This document shows, one piece after another, positions 28,809-38,179 of a stretch of DNA of 50,538 nt. The stretch is from Rickettsiales bacterium (lineage in GTDB: Bacteria; Pseudomonadota; Alphaproteobacteria; Rickettsiales; UBA1997), in the NCBI GenBank assembly GCA_031268035.1, contig JAIRXW010000027.1, positions 1 through 50,538 on the forward strand, read 5' to 3'. Positions within the stretch are counted from its first letter, which is position 1. The number at the start of each line of letters is the position of its first letter. The notes beneath the pieces were generated by a model. It was not told the DNA's origin, did no database searches, and saw only the letters and a program-made list of their open reading frames with translations. Made by a program: the position numbers and the translations under genes.

Positions 28809-30350
28809 TCACTGGTCCTCTTTCTTATAAACATAATTAGGTTTCGATTGCCTTTTCCCCCTTCTCCTAGCGGGAGTGGTATTTTTTCGCCAGCGACTTC
28901 TGAATCTATTATTGTTCCCGACCGGCTGTTCCTTTGATTCCCCTATATCTCCAGCTCTATCATTTACTATGGAGGCTGTGTCACTAATTTTGAAATTATT
29001 TATTCTATCTCTCTCCTTCAGAAAGTCCGCAAGCTCGCTTCCCTCTAATCTGCTATAGGACATTGGTCTTATTTTAGCAGGATTTATTCTAGTTTCCCTA
29101 TAGATAAGCCCATAGTGAAGATGGGGGCCCGTTGCCATGCCGGTGTTCCCAACAAAGCCTATAACGTCACCCTGTCTAACTCTGGAACCAACAGTTACAT
29201 TTTTAGCTATTCTCGAAATATGTGCATATTCACTACTATAGAGGTTATTATGTCTTATGACTATATAGTTACCATAGCCGTCGCCACAGTGTCTATCCTT
29301 TCCTCTACAATTGAATATTATCTTTGTCACAACTCCATTGCCCGCCGCGTAGAATGGGGTACCAATTGGCGCTGCAAAGTCCACACCCTGGTGTGTTTTC
29401 GTATAGCCCAGAATGGGATGTTTTCTGGCCCCAAAACCAGAGGTTATTCGGGCACCATCTATGGGAGTTTTGAGTAGGGATTTCTTTATGCTCAGACCAT
29501 TTTCATTAAAATAGTTGTTTATCCCTTTATGACGGAATTTATACATTTTATGGTCAATTCCGCTAATATTAAGGTTTGCATAGATTATGCTGCCGTTCCT
29601 AGTTTTGCCGCCAACCTCCATGAATTTACTTTCAAAAACTATCTCCAGTTTGTCGCCCCTCCTTATATCCCTTTGGAAGTCAATGTCGAAACTATAGAGG
29701 CCTATCAACTCCATGATAACCTCCGCTGGAACTCCAGCAAACACTGCATCGGAATACAGGTTATTCCTTATTTCCACAAAAAATCTGTCATAGTAGATTG
29801 CCGCTCCAATTGCTCTTTTTTGGGGGTAATAGCTGCCATCGGGGCCCCTCGTGACAATAATTTCCACTAAATTTTGGTTATCTAGAATTCTCAGCTCTTC
29901 CAGATCCAGTTCTGCACTATTCGACGTCCCTCCATCTTTGACCCCACCAGATATTTTGTATTTAATGGAAATTTCCTGGCCAGCTCTGAGACGTTTCACA
30001 TCAAAGACCTTTTTCAGATGGGCCAAACATAAAATTACGCCGTTCCTCGAAAATTTCATATCGTAGATCAGTAGGTCGAAAAGATTTTCGCCGTTGCCCA
30101 GCTTACGCTTCACAATCTCATAGCCGCCGTTTGCCTCTATGGTGGCTAAACCATAGCCGGGGGGATATTCCTTTTCTCTCAGCCTGAGAACAGCCTGGGA
30201 ACTACAGAGTACTTTTTTGTAGTTGGACCACACGGATAGAAAAAATATAAGTGATAGAATAGCCATCGAGGGCAGCCAGTGTAGAATCTTTTCTTTTTGG
30301 AATTCTCCAAAATAATCTCTATAGAGGCGCGTTACTTTGCCATTCGACAT
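28809..30350 (-). CDS. M23-family (LytM-type) murein endopeptidase with an N-terminal TM anchor
   Basis: HQGVDFAAPIGTPFYAAGNG and GNTGMATGPHLHYG zinc-ligand motifs, plus a basic C-terminal tail. Confidence 0.85.
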   Translation of the reverse strand: MSNGKVTRLYRDYFGEFQKEKILHWLPSMAILSLIFFLSVWSNYKKVLCSSQAVLRLREKEYPPGYGLATIEANGGYEIVKRKLGNGENLFDLLIYDMKFSRNGVILCLAHLKKVFDVKRLRAGQEISIKYKISGGVKDGGTSNSAELDLEELRILDNQNLVEIIVTRGPDGSYYPQKRAIGAAIYYDRFFVEIRNNLYSDAVFAGVPAEVIMELIGLYSFDIDFQRDIRRGDKLEIVFESKFMEVGGKTRNGSIIYANLNISGIDHKMYKFRHKGINNYFNENGLSIKKSLLKTPIDGARITSGFGARKHPILGYTKTHQGVDFAAPIGTPFYAAGNGVVTKIIFNCRGKDRHCGDGYGNYIVIRHNNLYSSEYAHISRIAKNVTVGSRVRQGDVIGFVGNTGMATGPHLHYGLIYRETRINPAKIRPMSYSRLEGSELADFLKERDRINNFKISDTASIVNDRAGDIGESKEQPVGNNNRFRSRWRKNTTPARRRGKRQSKPNYVYKKEDQ

Positions 30351-30460
30351 AGCTAATTGTTAATTGTCAAAAAACGTACAAACATGTACTTGATTTAAAC
30401 AAAAAATATACTATCCTTGATGCTAAGAGGTTTTTTTTAAAAAAACAATCTGGGTGATTT

Positions 30461-30991
30461 ATGGCTTTATCTTTTAGAGTTAGCGACTACTGCGTCTATA
30501 AAACACACGGAGTAGCCAAGATAACGGATATACGGGATCTGAAGATAGCTGGAGTCGACACAAAGTGTCTAATACTTTTTTTTGAAAAGGAGAAATTGAC
30601 ACTTAGCGTGCCGGTAAGATTTAAAGAAAATGGGGATATCAGAAAGCTGGCCACTCTGGAGGAAATGGAAAGAGTATTTGATGTGCTCAAAAGTGGTACA
30701 AAAAAATCAAAGGGCATGTGGAGTCGAAGAGCAAAGGAATACAGAGATAAGATAAACTCCGGGGACGTATTCCAAACCGCAGAGGTGCTGAGAGATCTGG
30801 TGAGAGACGTGGAAGAGGCGGACAGGTCCTACAGCGAGAGGAGTATCTATGACACTGCTATATATAGATTGGCATCGGAGTACGCAATCATTAAAAAAAT
30901 ATCCTACGAAGAGGCTGAAAAAAATATACTGGAAATCACTAAGGAAAAAATAAAATTCAGTGATATTGAAACCATCCGAAAACAGGGTTAG
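30461..30991 (+). CDS. carD: CarD/CdnL-family RNA-polymerase-binding transcription factor
   Basis: FRVSDYCVYKTHGVAKITDI (Tudor-like N-domain) and a ~170 aa length. Confidence 0.85.
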   Translation: MALSFRVSDYCVYKTHGVAKITDIRDLKIAGVDTKCLILFFEKEKLTLSVPVRFKENGDIRKLATLEEMERVFDVLKSGTKKSKGMWSRRAKEYRDKINSGDVFQTAEVLRDLVRDVEEADRSYSERSIYDTAIYRLASEYAIIKKISYEEAEKNILEITKEKIKFSDIETIRKQG

Positions 30992-31757
30992 GAATTTCCT
31001 AGAAAAGCTGTTTTCGGCACCCGTCGATCTTCTCTACCCCCATAGATGTCCAGCCTGCAGGGTAATAACGAGCGATGATGCATTCTGCCAATCCTGCTGG
31101 GAAAAGTTGTCCTTTATCGAGGGACCCTGTTGTTTTGTCTGTGGAGAACCTCTGAGCGGAAACTATGACGGAAATCTATTGTGTGCCGTTTGTCTGAAAG
31201 AAAAGAGAAGTTTTGACAGACTATTTAGTGTTTTTGTCTATAATAAAACCATAGCCAAAGCAATCTATAGATTTAAATTCAAAAGACAGGCGTTTTTAGC
31301 GAAATTTTTTTTAAAATTTTTGCTAAAAAAACTAAAATCAATGGGGGATCCCGTAGACCTTCTAGTGCCAGTGCCCATATACATAAAACGACTGAAATGG
31401 AGAGGCTACAACCAGACACTCCTGCTGGCCCAGGAGATTTCAAAAAAAACTTCCATAGCCTATGCTCCAAACCTACTCCTTAAGAAAAGGCACACCGCGG
31501 CCCAGACAAGCCTACATTTCAGTAAAAGAAAGAGCAATCTCACTCTGGCCTTTGACATGGCCAATGGCTATGAAAGTAAAATTGTGAATAAAAATATTAT
31601 GATAATCGATGATGTGTTCACCACCGGCTCCACTGTCAATGAATGCGCCAAAATCCTAAAGAAAAATGGGGCTGGGAGGGTTTTTGTACTGACAATAGCA
31701 AAAACCATGCTATCCAAAAGGATAAAAATCATGGAAGAAATCCTGGCTCAACAATAA
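30960..31757 (+). CDS. comF: ComF-family phosphoribosyltransferase-like protein
   Basis: Cys clusters CPAC...CQSC...CCFVC, and the PRT motif IMIIDDVFTTGST. GTG start overlapping the carD 3' end. Confidence 0.85.
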   Translation: MILKPSENRVRNFLEKLFSAPVDLLYPHRCPACRVITSDDAFCQSCWEKLSFIEGPCCFVCGEPLSGNYDGNLLCAVCLKEKRSFDRLFSVFVYNKTIAKAIYRFKFKRQAFLAKFFLKFLLKKLKSMGDPVDLLVPVPIYIKRLKWRGYNQTLLLAQEISKKTSIAYAPNLLLKKRHTAAQTSLHFSKRKSNLTLAFDMANGYESKIVNKNIMIIDDVFTTGSTVNECAKILKKNGAGRVFVLTIAKTMLSKRIKIMEEILAQQ

Positions 31758-31822
31758 ATTTTTATACTTCCAGTGTTTTCTCTAGATGTAATTATCTAGC
31801 TATCAGCCACAGCTAAAAAAAA

Positions 31823-32623
31823 ATGGAATTTACAAACAATTTAAAACTTCCACTGCTAGTTCCGAACCAGTCTGGTAAAGAATTCACCCACAACGAGGCT
31901 CTTGTGATACTGGACAACCTTCTCCACAGCGGTGTTAAAAACACACTTAATGGACCACCGCCGGAGCCAATGACAGGTGACAGATACCTGGTCGGTCCAG
32001 AAGCGACCGGAGATTTCCTGGGAAAAGAAAATTCCATAGCTTTCTACGACAATGGCTGGAGATTTATTATTCCACCCCCGGGGCAACTCATTTGGAATCT
32101 GGCTCTGAGTAAACTCTATGTGTTCAATGGGGCCTGGAGTGAAGCCGTTGTTAATTCTAGCAGCGGAGAGGAAACCGCATTTGATCTAAATTTTACCTTC
32201 GACGAGCCCCAGAACGGCGATACCCTCATCTACAGCGGCGGTAAATTTGTCAATGATGCTGCACTGCAAACTTTTGCCACTAAAGACCTAGCTAATGTGA
32301 CTGGCGCCGCAAAGAATCTTATGGGAAAAATGTCTCTGCCATCGAATCAATATATAAATTTAACTGCCGAAAGCAGTGGCAGTAGTTACACGGCCCCGGC
32401 CGATGGCTATCTAAACATCACCGTCCGGGCAACTTCGGACAATGCCCAGGGTAGACTGCAGAATACAAGTAGTCTAATGGTCAACCAGTGGTTCATTGCA
32501 AAAATAAACTATTACGCCTCAGCGTTTATGCCCTGCTCCGCCGGAGACCTGGTGCAGTATTTTTATCAATCCCAAAGTGTTACAAAATTTACCTACCACT
32601 ATCTCATTGGAAACAATAATTAA
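31823..32623 (+). CDS. Phage tail-fibre-like protein with a DUF2793-type N-terminal domain
   Basis: NLKLPLLVPNQSGKEFTHNEALVILDNLL...PPPEPMTGDRYLVGPEATGDFLGKENSIAFYDNGWRFIIPPPGQLIW...LYVFNGAWSE matches the L-x-L-P...Q-x-x-K-x-x-T-H-N-E-A-L-x-x-L-D...G-x-x-Y-x-V...G-x-W-x-F pattern of that family as I recall it. Confidence 0.65.
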   Translation: MEFTNNLKLPLLVPNQSGKEFTHNEALVILDNLLHSGVKNTLNGPPPEPMTGDRYLVGPEATGDFLGKENSIAFYDNGWRFIIPPPGQLIWNLALSKLYVFNGAWSEAVVNSSSGEETAFDLNFTFDEPQNGDTLIYSGGKFVNDAALQTFATKDLANVTGAAKNLMGKMSLPSNQYINLTAESSGSSYTAPADGYLNITVRATSDNAQGRLQNTSSLMVNQWFIAKINYYASAFMPCSAGDLVQYFYQSQSVTKFTYHYLIGNNN

Positions 32624-32636
32624 AAGGATGTGAAAC

Positions 32637-33014
32637 ATGTTTATAGAATTAGACGACGAAAATAACATAGTGGCTGCTGCCACCTTTGCATTTGGTGACA
32701 ACAGTGTAGAAACTAGCAACGAAGTGGCCAGAGACGCCGATGGAAAATTATATTTTTCAGGAAGCAGGCCTCCGGTCGACAAAATTGCTGAACTAAAAAA
32801 AGAAATAATTTTCAGAAAACGAGCTGCATTGGACAGTATATTCTACAGCAACTATCCACTGCATAAACAATGTAATATTGGGATCTACGGCACAGAGGAG
32901 GAAAGAACTCTGTTCATGGAATTTCACAATGCGAAAGTTTCTGCGTTTGATTCCTTTGTGGATACGGTAGAAAACTGCACCACGGAAGAGGAACTTCAGG
33001 TATACCAGAATTAA
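32637..33014 (+). CDS. Small acidic protein, possible tail-fibre assembly/chaperone partner
   Basis: 125 aa, starting 13 nt after the tail-fibre-like gene. The function is inferred from position and size only. Confidence 0.35.
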   Translation: MFIELDDENNIVAAATFAFGDNSVETSNEVARDADGKLYFSGSRPPVDKIAELKKEIIFRKRAALDSIFYSNYPLHKQCNIGIYGTEEERTLFMEFHNAKVSAFDSFVDTVENCTTEEELQVYQN

Positions 33015-33173
33015 ATTCGGTAAAATTTTGCCAACGAATTCATTGTCCCCCTGGGCAACCCGGCATATAATTATTTAAATTCGCGGAATCGGCTGTTTCA
33101 GATCTGGCGGGCACTTGATCCGTAAAAATTATGTAGTAAACTTTCCTGAAAAGGATACCTTTAGGTCTACTCT

Positions 33174-33962
33174 ATGTCGAAGAAGAAAAAATTGAGAAAT
33201 TTATGTGCCTTTCAGCTGGCCGTTTGCACGATGATTTTTCTTGGGAAAAATGTCGCCGCCTCATCGGGAATATCATTCCAACCAGAAAATTGTCCTCTAG
33301 AGCGAAGTGATGAATTTGAATCTGGCCAATTTCTCAGCGAACTTTTAAAAAAGTGCCCGAATAATTTTCTTATTAGCGGCCAAAACAACACGACGGTGAA
33401 AATATATCCCGGGGATCTCATATTCCAGAGAGCAGTGGGCAGAGAATTTAGCGAAGCTGTCGCCCGGAGCGGAGGAAATAATAATTCCGTCACCCATGTT
33501 GGGATAGTCTCCCTGCTGAACACCATGATAGAATCCGCTGGTTCAAAAGTCTCCAGGGTAAAAATATGTGACTATCTCGGGAGGCCCTCCACTGTAAATT
33601 TACTGGTGAGAGTGAGGGATAGAACTATAATCCAGGAATCTCTGGAGAGGGCAGAGAGCTTTTTGGGACGACCATACAATCCAACTTTTTATCCAAATTC
33701 AGAGGGACTATATTGCAGCGAACTGGTGATGGAAAGTTTTCTTAGAAAAAATGGATCCCATCATTTCGCACAGAAGCCCATGAAATTTGAGACAACCTTC
33801 TGGGATGACTATTTCGAATCTCTGGGTGTTCCCATCCCCCACAATGTTCTGGGATCGCATCCCCAGGGAATTCTCGACCAGAAGGAATTACTCGAAGAAA
33901 TTGCAGAAATAAAAGAAGAAATTACAAATTCTGTGATTGGTGAGTTTCCTGATGATATTTAA
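33174..33962 (+). CDS. Secreted YiiX/YaeF-like permuted papain-fold (NlpC/P60 superfamily) hydrolase
   Basis: Signal peptide. PGDLIFQR...VTHVGIVS...GRPYNPTF...GLYCSELVMESF follows the family's permuted His...Cys arrangement. Confidence 0.6.
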   Translation: MSKKKKLRNLCAFQLAVCTMIFLGKNVAASSGISFQPENCPLERSDEFESGQFLSELLKKCPNNFLISGQNNTTVKIYPGDLIFQRAVGREFSEAVARSGGNNNSVTHVGIVSLLNTMIESAGSKVSRVKICDYLGRPSTVNLLVRVRDRTIIQESLERAESFLGRPYNPTFYPNSEGLYCSELVMESFLRKNGSHHFAQKPMKFETTFWDDYFESLGVPIPHNVLGSHPQGILDQKELLEEIAEIKEEITNSVIGEFPDDI

Positions 33963-34046
33963 AAACCCCATCGAGCCCTAACAAATTCATTGACTTTAGT
34001 AATTTATTCTAGATGTTTTCCTATATAAAACATAGTATTCGTTCAC

Positions 34047-34958
34047 ATGAAAAACCACGAGAACCTAAAAGACCACAGAGACGAAGGGGGCCATTCCGGG
34101 CACAGACATCACGTCTCCGGTGATAACGAAGGAGCAGCACTAATAAGCCTTCTGATCACCTTTTCCTTTATGATCATTGAGTTTATAGGAGGATATATCT
34201 CGGGTTCACTAGCTCTAACGACAGATGCTGTCCACATGCTCGTAGATGCCGGCGTTCTGTTATCCACCTGGGCAGGTTTTTATTTTGGCCGAATACCCAC
34301 AAATTCTAGAAAAACCTTTGGCTACCAGAGATTTGAGATCCTAGCATCCCTGTTCAATGCTCTTCTGCTATTTTGTCTAACACTTTTTGTAAGTCTTGAG
34401 GCCCTAAAAAGACTTTCGAGACCAGTGGAAATTATGAGTGGACCAATGCTGGTCATATCGGTGCTGGGATTATTGGTAAACTGCGCAGTTTTCTACATTC
34501 TGAATCGTGGCGAAAAAAGTCATTTAAATATCAAGGGAGCTATTCTACATGTCATTGGGGATCTTCTGGGTTCAGTGGCAGCCATACTGGCATCCATTGT
34601 GATATATATCACAGGCTGGACTCCAATAGATTCCATTCTATCGATATTCGCTTGCCTTCTGGTATTAAACAGCGCCGCCCGTCTGCTTTTGGATTCTCTA
34701 AATGTGCTTATGGAAGGGGCTCCGCCTAGCTTTGACATTGCTGAAATGGAACAGCATGTACGAAAAATACCAAATGTTAGAAATGTATGCCATGTGCATG
34801 TCTGGGAAATAACCTCCGGGAAAGTTGTGATTATGCTAGACATAGAACTCGAAAATCAGGCCCAGGCGACGGAGACAGTGCGAATTGTGAAGACTGAACT
34901 GATAGACGACTTTGGCGTGCATCATGCCAATGTCGGCATAGCTAGCAACCCACTCTAG
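34047..34958 (+). CDS. Cation diffusion facilitator (CzcD/ZitB-type Zn/Co/Cd efflux)
   Basis: His-rich N-terminus (HSGHRHH), TM2 TDAVHMLVD, TM5 HVIGDLLGS and a C-terminal cytoplasmic domain. Confidence 0.9.
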   Translation: MKNHENLKDHRDEGGHSGHRHHVSGDNEGAALISLLITFSFMIIEFIGGYISGSLALTTDAVHMLVDAGVLLSTWAGFYFGRIPTNSRKTFGYQRFEILASLFNALLLFCLTLFVSLEALKRLSRPVEIMSGPMLVISVLGLLVNCAVFYILNRGEKSHLNIKGAILHVIGDLLGSVAAILASIVIYITGWTPIDSILSIFACLLVLNSAARLLLDSLNVLMEGAPPSFDIAEMEQHVRKIPNVRNVCHVHVWEITSGKVVIMLDIELENQAQATETVRIVKTELIDDFGVHHANVGIASNPL

Positions 34959-35217
34959 ATCGCCAACGACTAGTCGGATTTACGAAGCGCCGCTATAGCG
35001 GCTAGAGTGCATTTATATCTAAAATCATGGGGGTATATAACTAATCCACTAATTCACTTGATTTTTACTGGGAAATAACTACCATGACCAGCGATGTGGA
35101 GTTGGCCCGGTGATAAATCTAGCTGGAAAAACCTGAGTGGGTGTTGTGCTGGTCTATAGTTTGGTTTTGGCGCAGCTGGCTGGACTGTTTCTGTGAGGCA
35201 GAATTCCCCTAGGTCGT

Positions 35218-35294
35218 GGCGGAGTAGCTCAGTTGGTTAGAGCAATGGAATCATAATCCATGTGTCGGAGGTTCAAATCCCTCCTCCGCTACCA
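35218..35294 (+). tRNA. tRNA with CAU anticodon (elongator Met or lysidine-modified Ile2; not distinguishable by eye), CCA encoded
   Basis: Acceptor GGCGGAG/CTCCGCT (G1-U72 wobble), TAGCTCAGTTGGTTAGAGC D arm, anticodon stem ATGGA/TCCAT with loop ATCATAA, and a GGTTCAAATCC T arm with one A-C mismatch. Confidence 0.85.
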
Positions 35295-35471
35295 AATTTA
35301 ACATCTCGGTAAGATGCGCCTTTCCTTCTCTGGAAATTAAAACTCATCGCACAGAGGCAAAGATCCTCATCGGGGGGTATGTTTTTATGTTTTCACCTGC
35401 CCCCACTGGCCCGGCGCCAGGTGGAACGAACAATAAAGATAGTTTCACCTTCCCGATAGACCTTGCATATA

Positions 35472-35501
35472 TTGGATTCAAAGGTAAATATTATCTATAA
35501 T
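35472..35501 (+). promoter_or_regulatory. Candidate sigma-70-type promoter upstream of rpsT
   Basis: TTGGAT (35472-35477), an 18-bp spacer, then a perfect TATAAT (35496-35501), about 140 bp upstream of the rpsT ATG. A second TATAAT lies at 35600-35605. Confidence 0.3.
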
Positions 35502-35641
35502 TTCCCCTGGGAAGAGGGCATCATCCTCTAAATGGTAGATTTCTGTGTAATCCTTCTTGCTTTATTAAAATTAATTGTTTAGGCTTAGGGCCTGTGTATT
35601 ATAATGGGGCGGTGATGCCGCTCAAGCTAGTTGGAGATTTC

Positions 35642-35914
35642 ATGGCGCACACTTTGACTACCAGGAAGAACATTAGGACTACAGCAAAGAGAACTGCTGT
35701 AAACAGATCAAGGAAAAAAAGAATAGCCTCCTCTATGAAGAGAGCAAGTGATATTGCTAGAGATGGTACGAGTCAAGCGACAAGGGAAGCTTTTGTCAAC
35801 TTTGAATCTGAGCTGATGAAAGGGGTTTCAAGAGGCGTCTACAAGAAAAACACAGCCGTTAGAAAACTGAAGAATTTGAGTAAAAAAATAATAACCGGCT
35901 TGAAAAGCTCCTAG
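35642..35914 (+). CDS. rpsT: 30S ribosomal protein S20
   Basis: MAHTLTTRKNIRTTAKRTAVNRSRKKRIASSMKRA, a basic helical S20 pattern. The ATG at 35642 is preceded by GGAG; the track ORF start at 35594 is probably too far upstream. Confidence 0.85.
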   Translation: MAHTLTTRKNIRTTAKRTAVNRSRKKRIASSMKRASDIARDGTSQATREAFVNFESELMKGVSRGVYKKNTAVRKLKNLSKKIITGLKSS

Positions 35915-35968
35915 TGATTGGTTTTGTGTTTAATATTAGTCTGATTATTAATTTAGTAGGGTTATTCT

Positions 35969-37360
35969 ATGAAGAGAACTAAAATCGTAGCAACTATAGG
36001 ACCAGTATCCACCTCGAAGGAAATTTTAGAAGAACTGTCGGAGGCTGGTGTTGATATTTTTAGAATAAATTTTTCCCATGGCACCCACGAGTCTCATACG
36101 GTAGAAATAAATCTCATAAAAAGTCTAAGAGTGCCCGGCACTATAATGCTAGACACCAAGGGTCCAGAAATTAGAATTGGCGAAATAAGGGGCCAACTCA
36201 ATTTAAAAACCGGAGATTCGTTTATAATGACAACGAAAAAAGGTATCTATGAGGACGAGGGCAAAGTCAGCGTAAGCCATGATGGTTTCTATAATGATGT
36301 CAATGTGGGAGATGCTATAGTGCTGGATGGGGGAGTTATGCAGGCTAGAGCACTGGAAAAAAGGAGTAATAATGAAATTCTTTTCGAAATAACGGGAGGA
36401 TGGGGAGCTCTTACGAGCAAGAGACATGTGAATCTGTTCGGCAAACCAGTCTCTCTACCGACAATAACCGAACAGGACTGGAAAGATATAGATTTTGGTC
36501 TGGAAAAGGGCATAGATATGATTGCCCTATCCTTTGTCAGAAGTGCTGAAGATATAGATAAGGTTAGAGAATATTGCAAATCAAAGGGCCATGGTGATGT
36601 GCAGCTAGTGGCTAAAATTGAAAATTTTGAGTCCACCCAGAATCTTGAGGGTATAGTCAAAAAAAGCGATGGAATCATGGTGGCCAGGGGCGATCTGGCC
36701 TGTGAAATTCAATTTTCCAAGGTGCCAGCTCTACAGAAAAAAATCATTGCACTCTGCCGAATTCATGGAAAACCTGTGATAGTTGCAACCCAGATGCTTC
36801 TGTCCATGGTTGAAAACGTAAGGCCCACTAGAGCCGAAGTTTCAGATGTGGCTAATGCTGTTTTTGAACAGGCCGATGCAGTTATGACTTCTGACGAGAC
36901 AGCAAAAGGAAACTATCCGATCGACACCATAAAAACCATGGCAAACATTGTCATCTCCACCGAAGAGGAAATCTATGAAAATAGGAATAACTACATTAGT
37001 CCGAAACGCTGTTCCTGTGGCGATTCCTCCAAAGAAAGTGTTATACCTATGCTGATGCCCTACACAAATAGAATCAGCGCGATTCTTGTGCTGGGGAACA
37101 GAGGCGAATATCTTAGCAATGTCGCTAGTGCAAGAATTGATCTGCCAATTTTTTCCTTCACTAGCAGTGAGAATTTAAGGAATAGTCAGCGTCTCACATG
37201 GAACACCACACCAATCCTTGCGCCCATATCGGATGATTGGACAAAAAATATAGATATCGCTCTGGGAATAATGAATAAAACCTACGGGAAGAAATATAAA
37301 GAGGTTGCAATTATTTTTGAAATGGGAGATAATCTAACTGTTCAGCTGAGGAAAATCTAA
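35969..37360 (+). CDS. pyk: Pyruvate kinase
   Basis: KIVATIGPVS, FRINFSHG, MLDTKGPEIR, MVARGDLACEI and VATQMLLSM. Confidence 0.95.
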   Translation: MKRTKIVATIGPVSTSKEILEELSEAGVDIFRINFSHGTHESHTVEINLIKSLRVPGTIMLDTKGPEIRIGEIRGQLNLKTGDSFIMTTKKGIYEDEGKVSVSHDGFYNDVNVGDAIVLDGGVMQARALEKRSNNEILFEITGGWGALTSKRHVNLFGKPVSLPTITEQDWKDIDFGLEKGIDMIALSFVRSAEDIDKVREYCKSKGHGDVQLVAKIENFESTQNLEGIVKKSDGIMVARGDLACEIQFSKVPALQKKIIALCRIHGKPVIVATQMLLSMVENVRPTRAEVSDVANAVFEQADAVMTSDETAKGNYPIDTIKTMANIVISTEEEIYENRNNYISPKRCSCGDSSKESVIPMLMPYTNRISAILVLGNRGEYLSNVASARIDLPIFSFTSSENLRNSQRLTWNTTPILAPISDDWTKNIDIALGIMNKTYGKKYKEVAIIFEMGDNLTVQLRKI

Positions 37361-37433
37361 TGGATGGGAGGAGCTGGTAGCCACTCCCATGGATCCTGAC
37401 AGCTATAGTAAACATTAACAGAGGGGTTTTGTA

Positions 37434-38120
37434 GTGCTTTTTCAGTCTAATTTGGATCTCTGGGTTGTAACAATACCGCTGTTTCTATCTCTCGTTGGGC
37501 TGGCTAGAGGATTTTTGAAGGAAATTGTCTCCATATTAAATTGGTTCGGTTCTTTTTACTTCACATCGCTAGCGAAACCAATAGCCGTGGAACTATTGCG
37601 AAGTCGAATAACTACTCCATTTCTGCTGGATATAGTGTCTAACACCATTTTGTTTGTATTTTTTGCTATAGCATTTTCTCTATTGAGCAATTATGTGGTC
37701 AATAGGGTCGGCAGATTTATACCGGGTTCAGTCAATAGAATTCTAGGTCTCGCCTTCGGCTGTATCAAGGGTGCTCTAATTTCTATGGTAATACTGGCTT
37801 CGGTAAACATACTCTACAGAAACCCCAGTATAAATGATCCAATTTGGCTGCAAAATTCGATTGCCTACCAGTACTTTGATGGTCCAAAGGGAAGTGTTTT
37901 TGTAAAAATTTTGGAAAGAATATTCGGAGATATGATCAGAGAAGAAAATAATGATGAGAAGATAGATGGAACGATAGAAAATGATTTTAGACAAAAATTG
38001 GACGAAAAGATAGAGGATATAACCAAAGACATCATCCTGAACAGCCCCAGAGATAAAAATAACGAAAACGAGATGGATTCTAAAGGTATTGAGCATCTGC
38101 TCGACAAAATAGTCGAATAG
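37434..38120 (+). CDS. cvpA: CvpA-family membrane protein
   Basis: 4 TM helices, an ARGFLKEIVSILNW motif near TM1 and an acidic C-terminal tail. GTG start. Confidence 0.65.
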   Translation: MLFQSNLDLWVVTIPLFLSLVGLARGFLKEIVSILNWFGSFYFTSLAKPIAVELLRSRITTPFLLDIVSNTILFVFFAIAFSLLSNYVVNRVGRFIPGSVNRILGLAFGCIKGALISMVILASVNILYRNPSINDPIWLQNSIAYQYFDGPKGSVFVKILERIFGDMIREENNDEKIDGTIENDFRQKLDEKIEDITKDIILNSPRDKNNENEMDSKGIEHLLDKIVE

Positions 38121-38179
38121 ATTCCTATGTTTACTCCCATCCACAATATAGCTAATTATCAACAAATGGACAGTGAAAA

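Noticed and set aside
34967-35002. Hairpin-capable palindromes after the CDF gene (CGACTAGTCG; GCCGCTATAGCGGC), and a 7-bp stem after pyk (37364-37390)
   Set aside because: The stems are short, with no following U-tract, so they are not convincing as intrinsic terminators.
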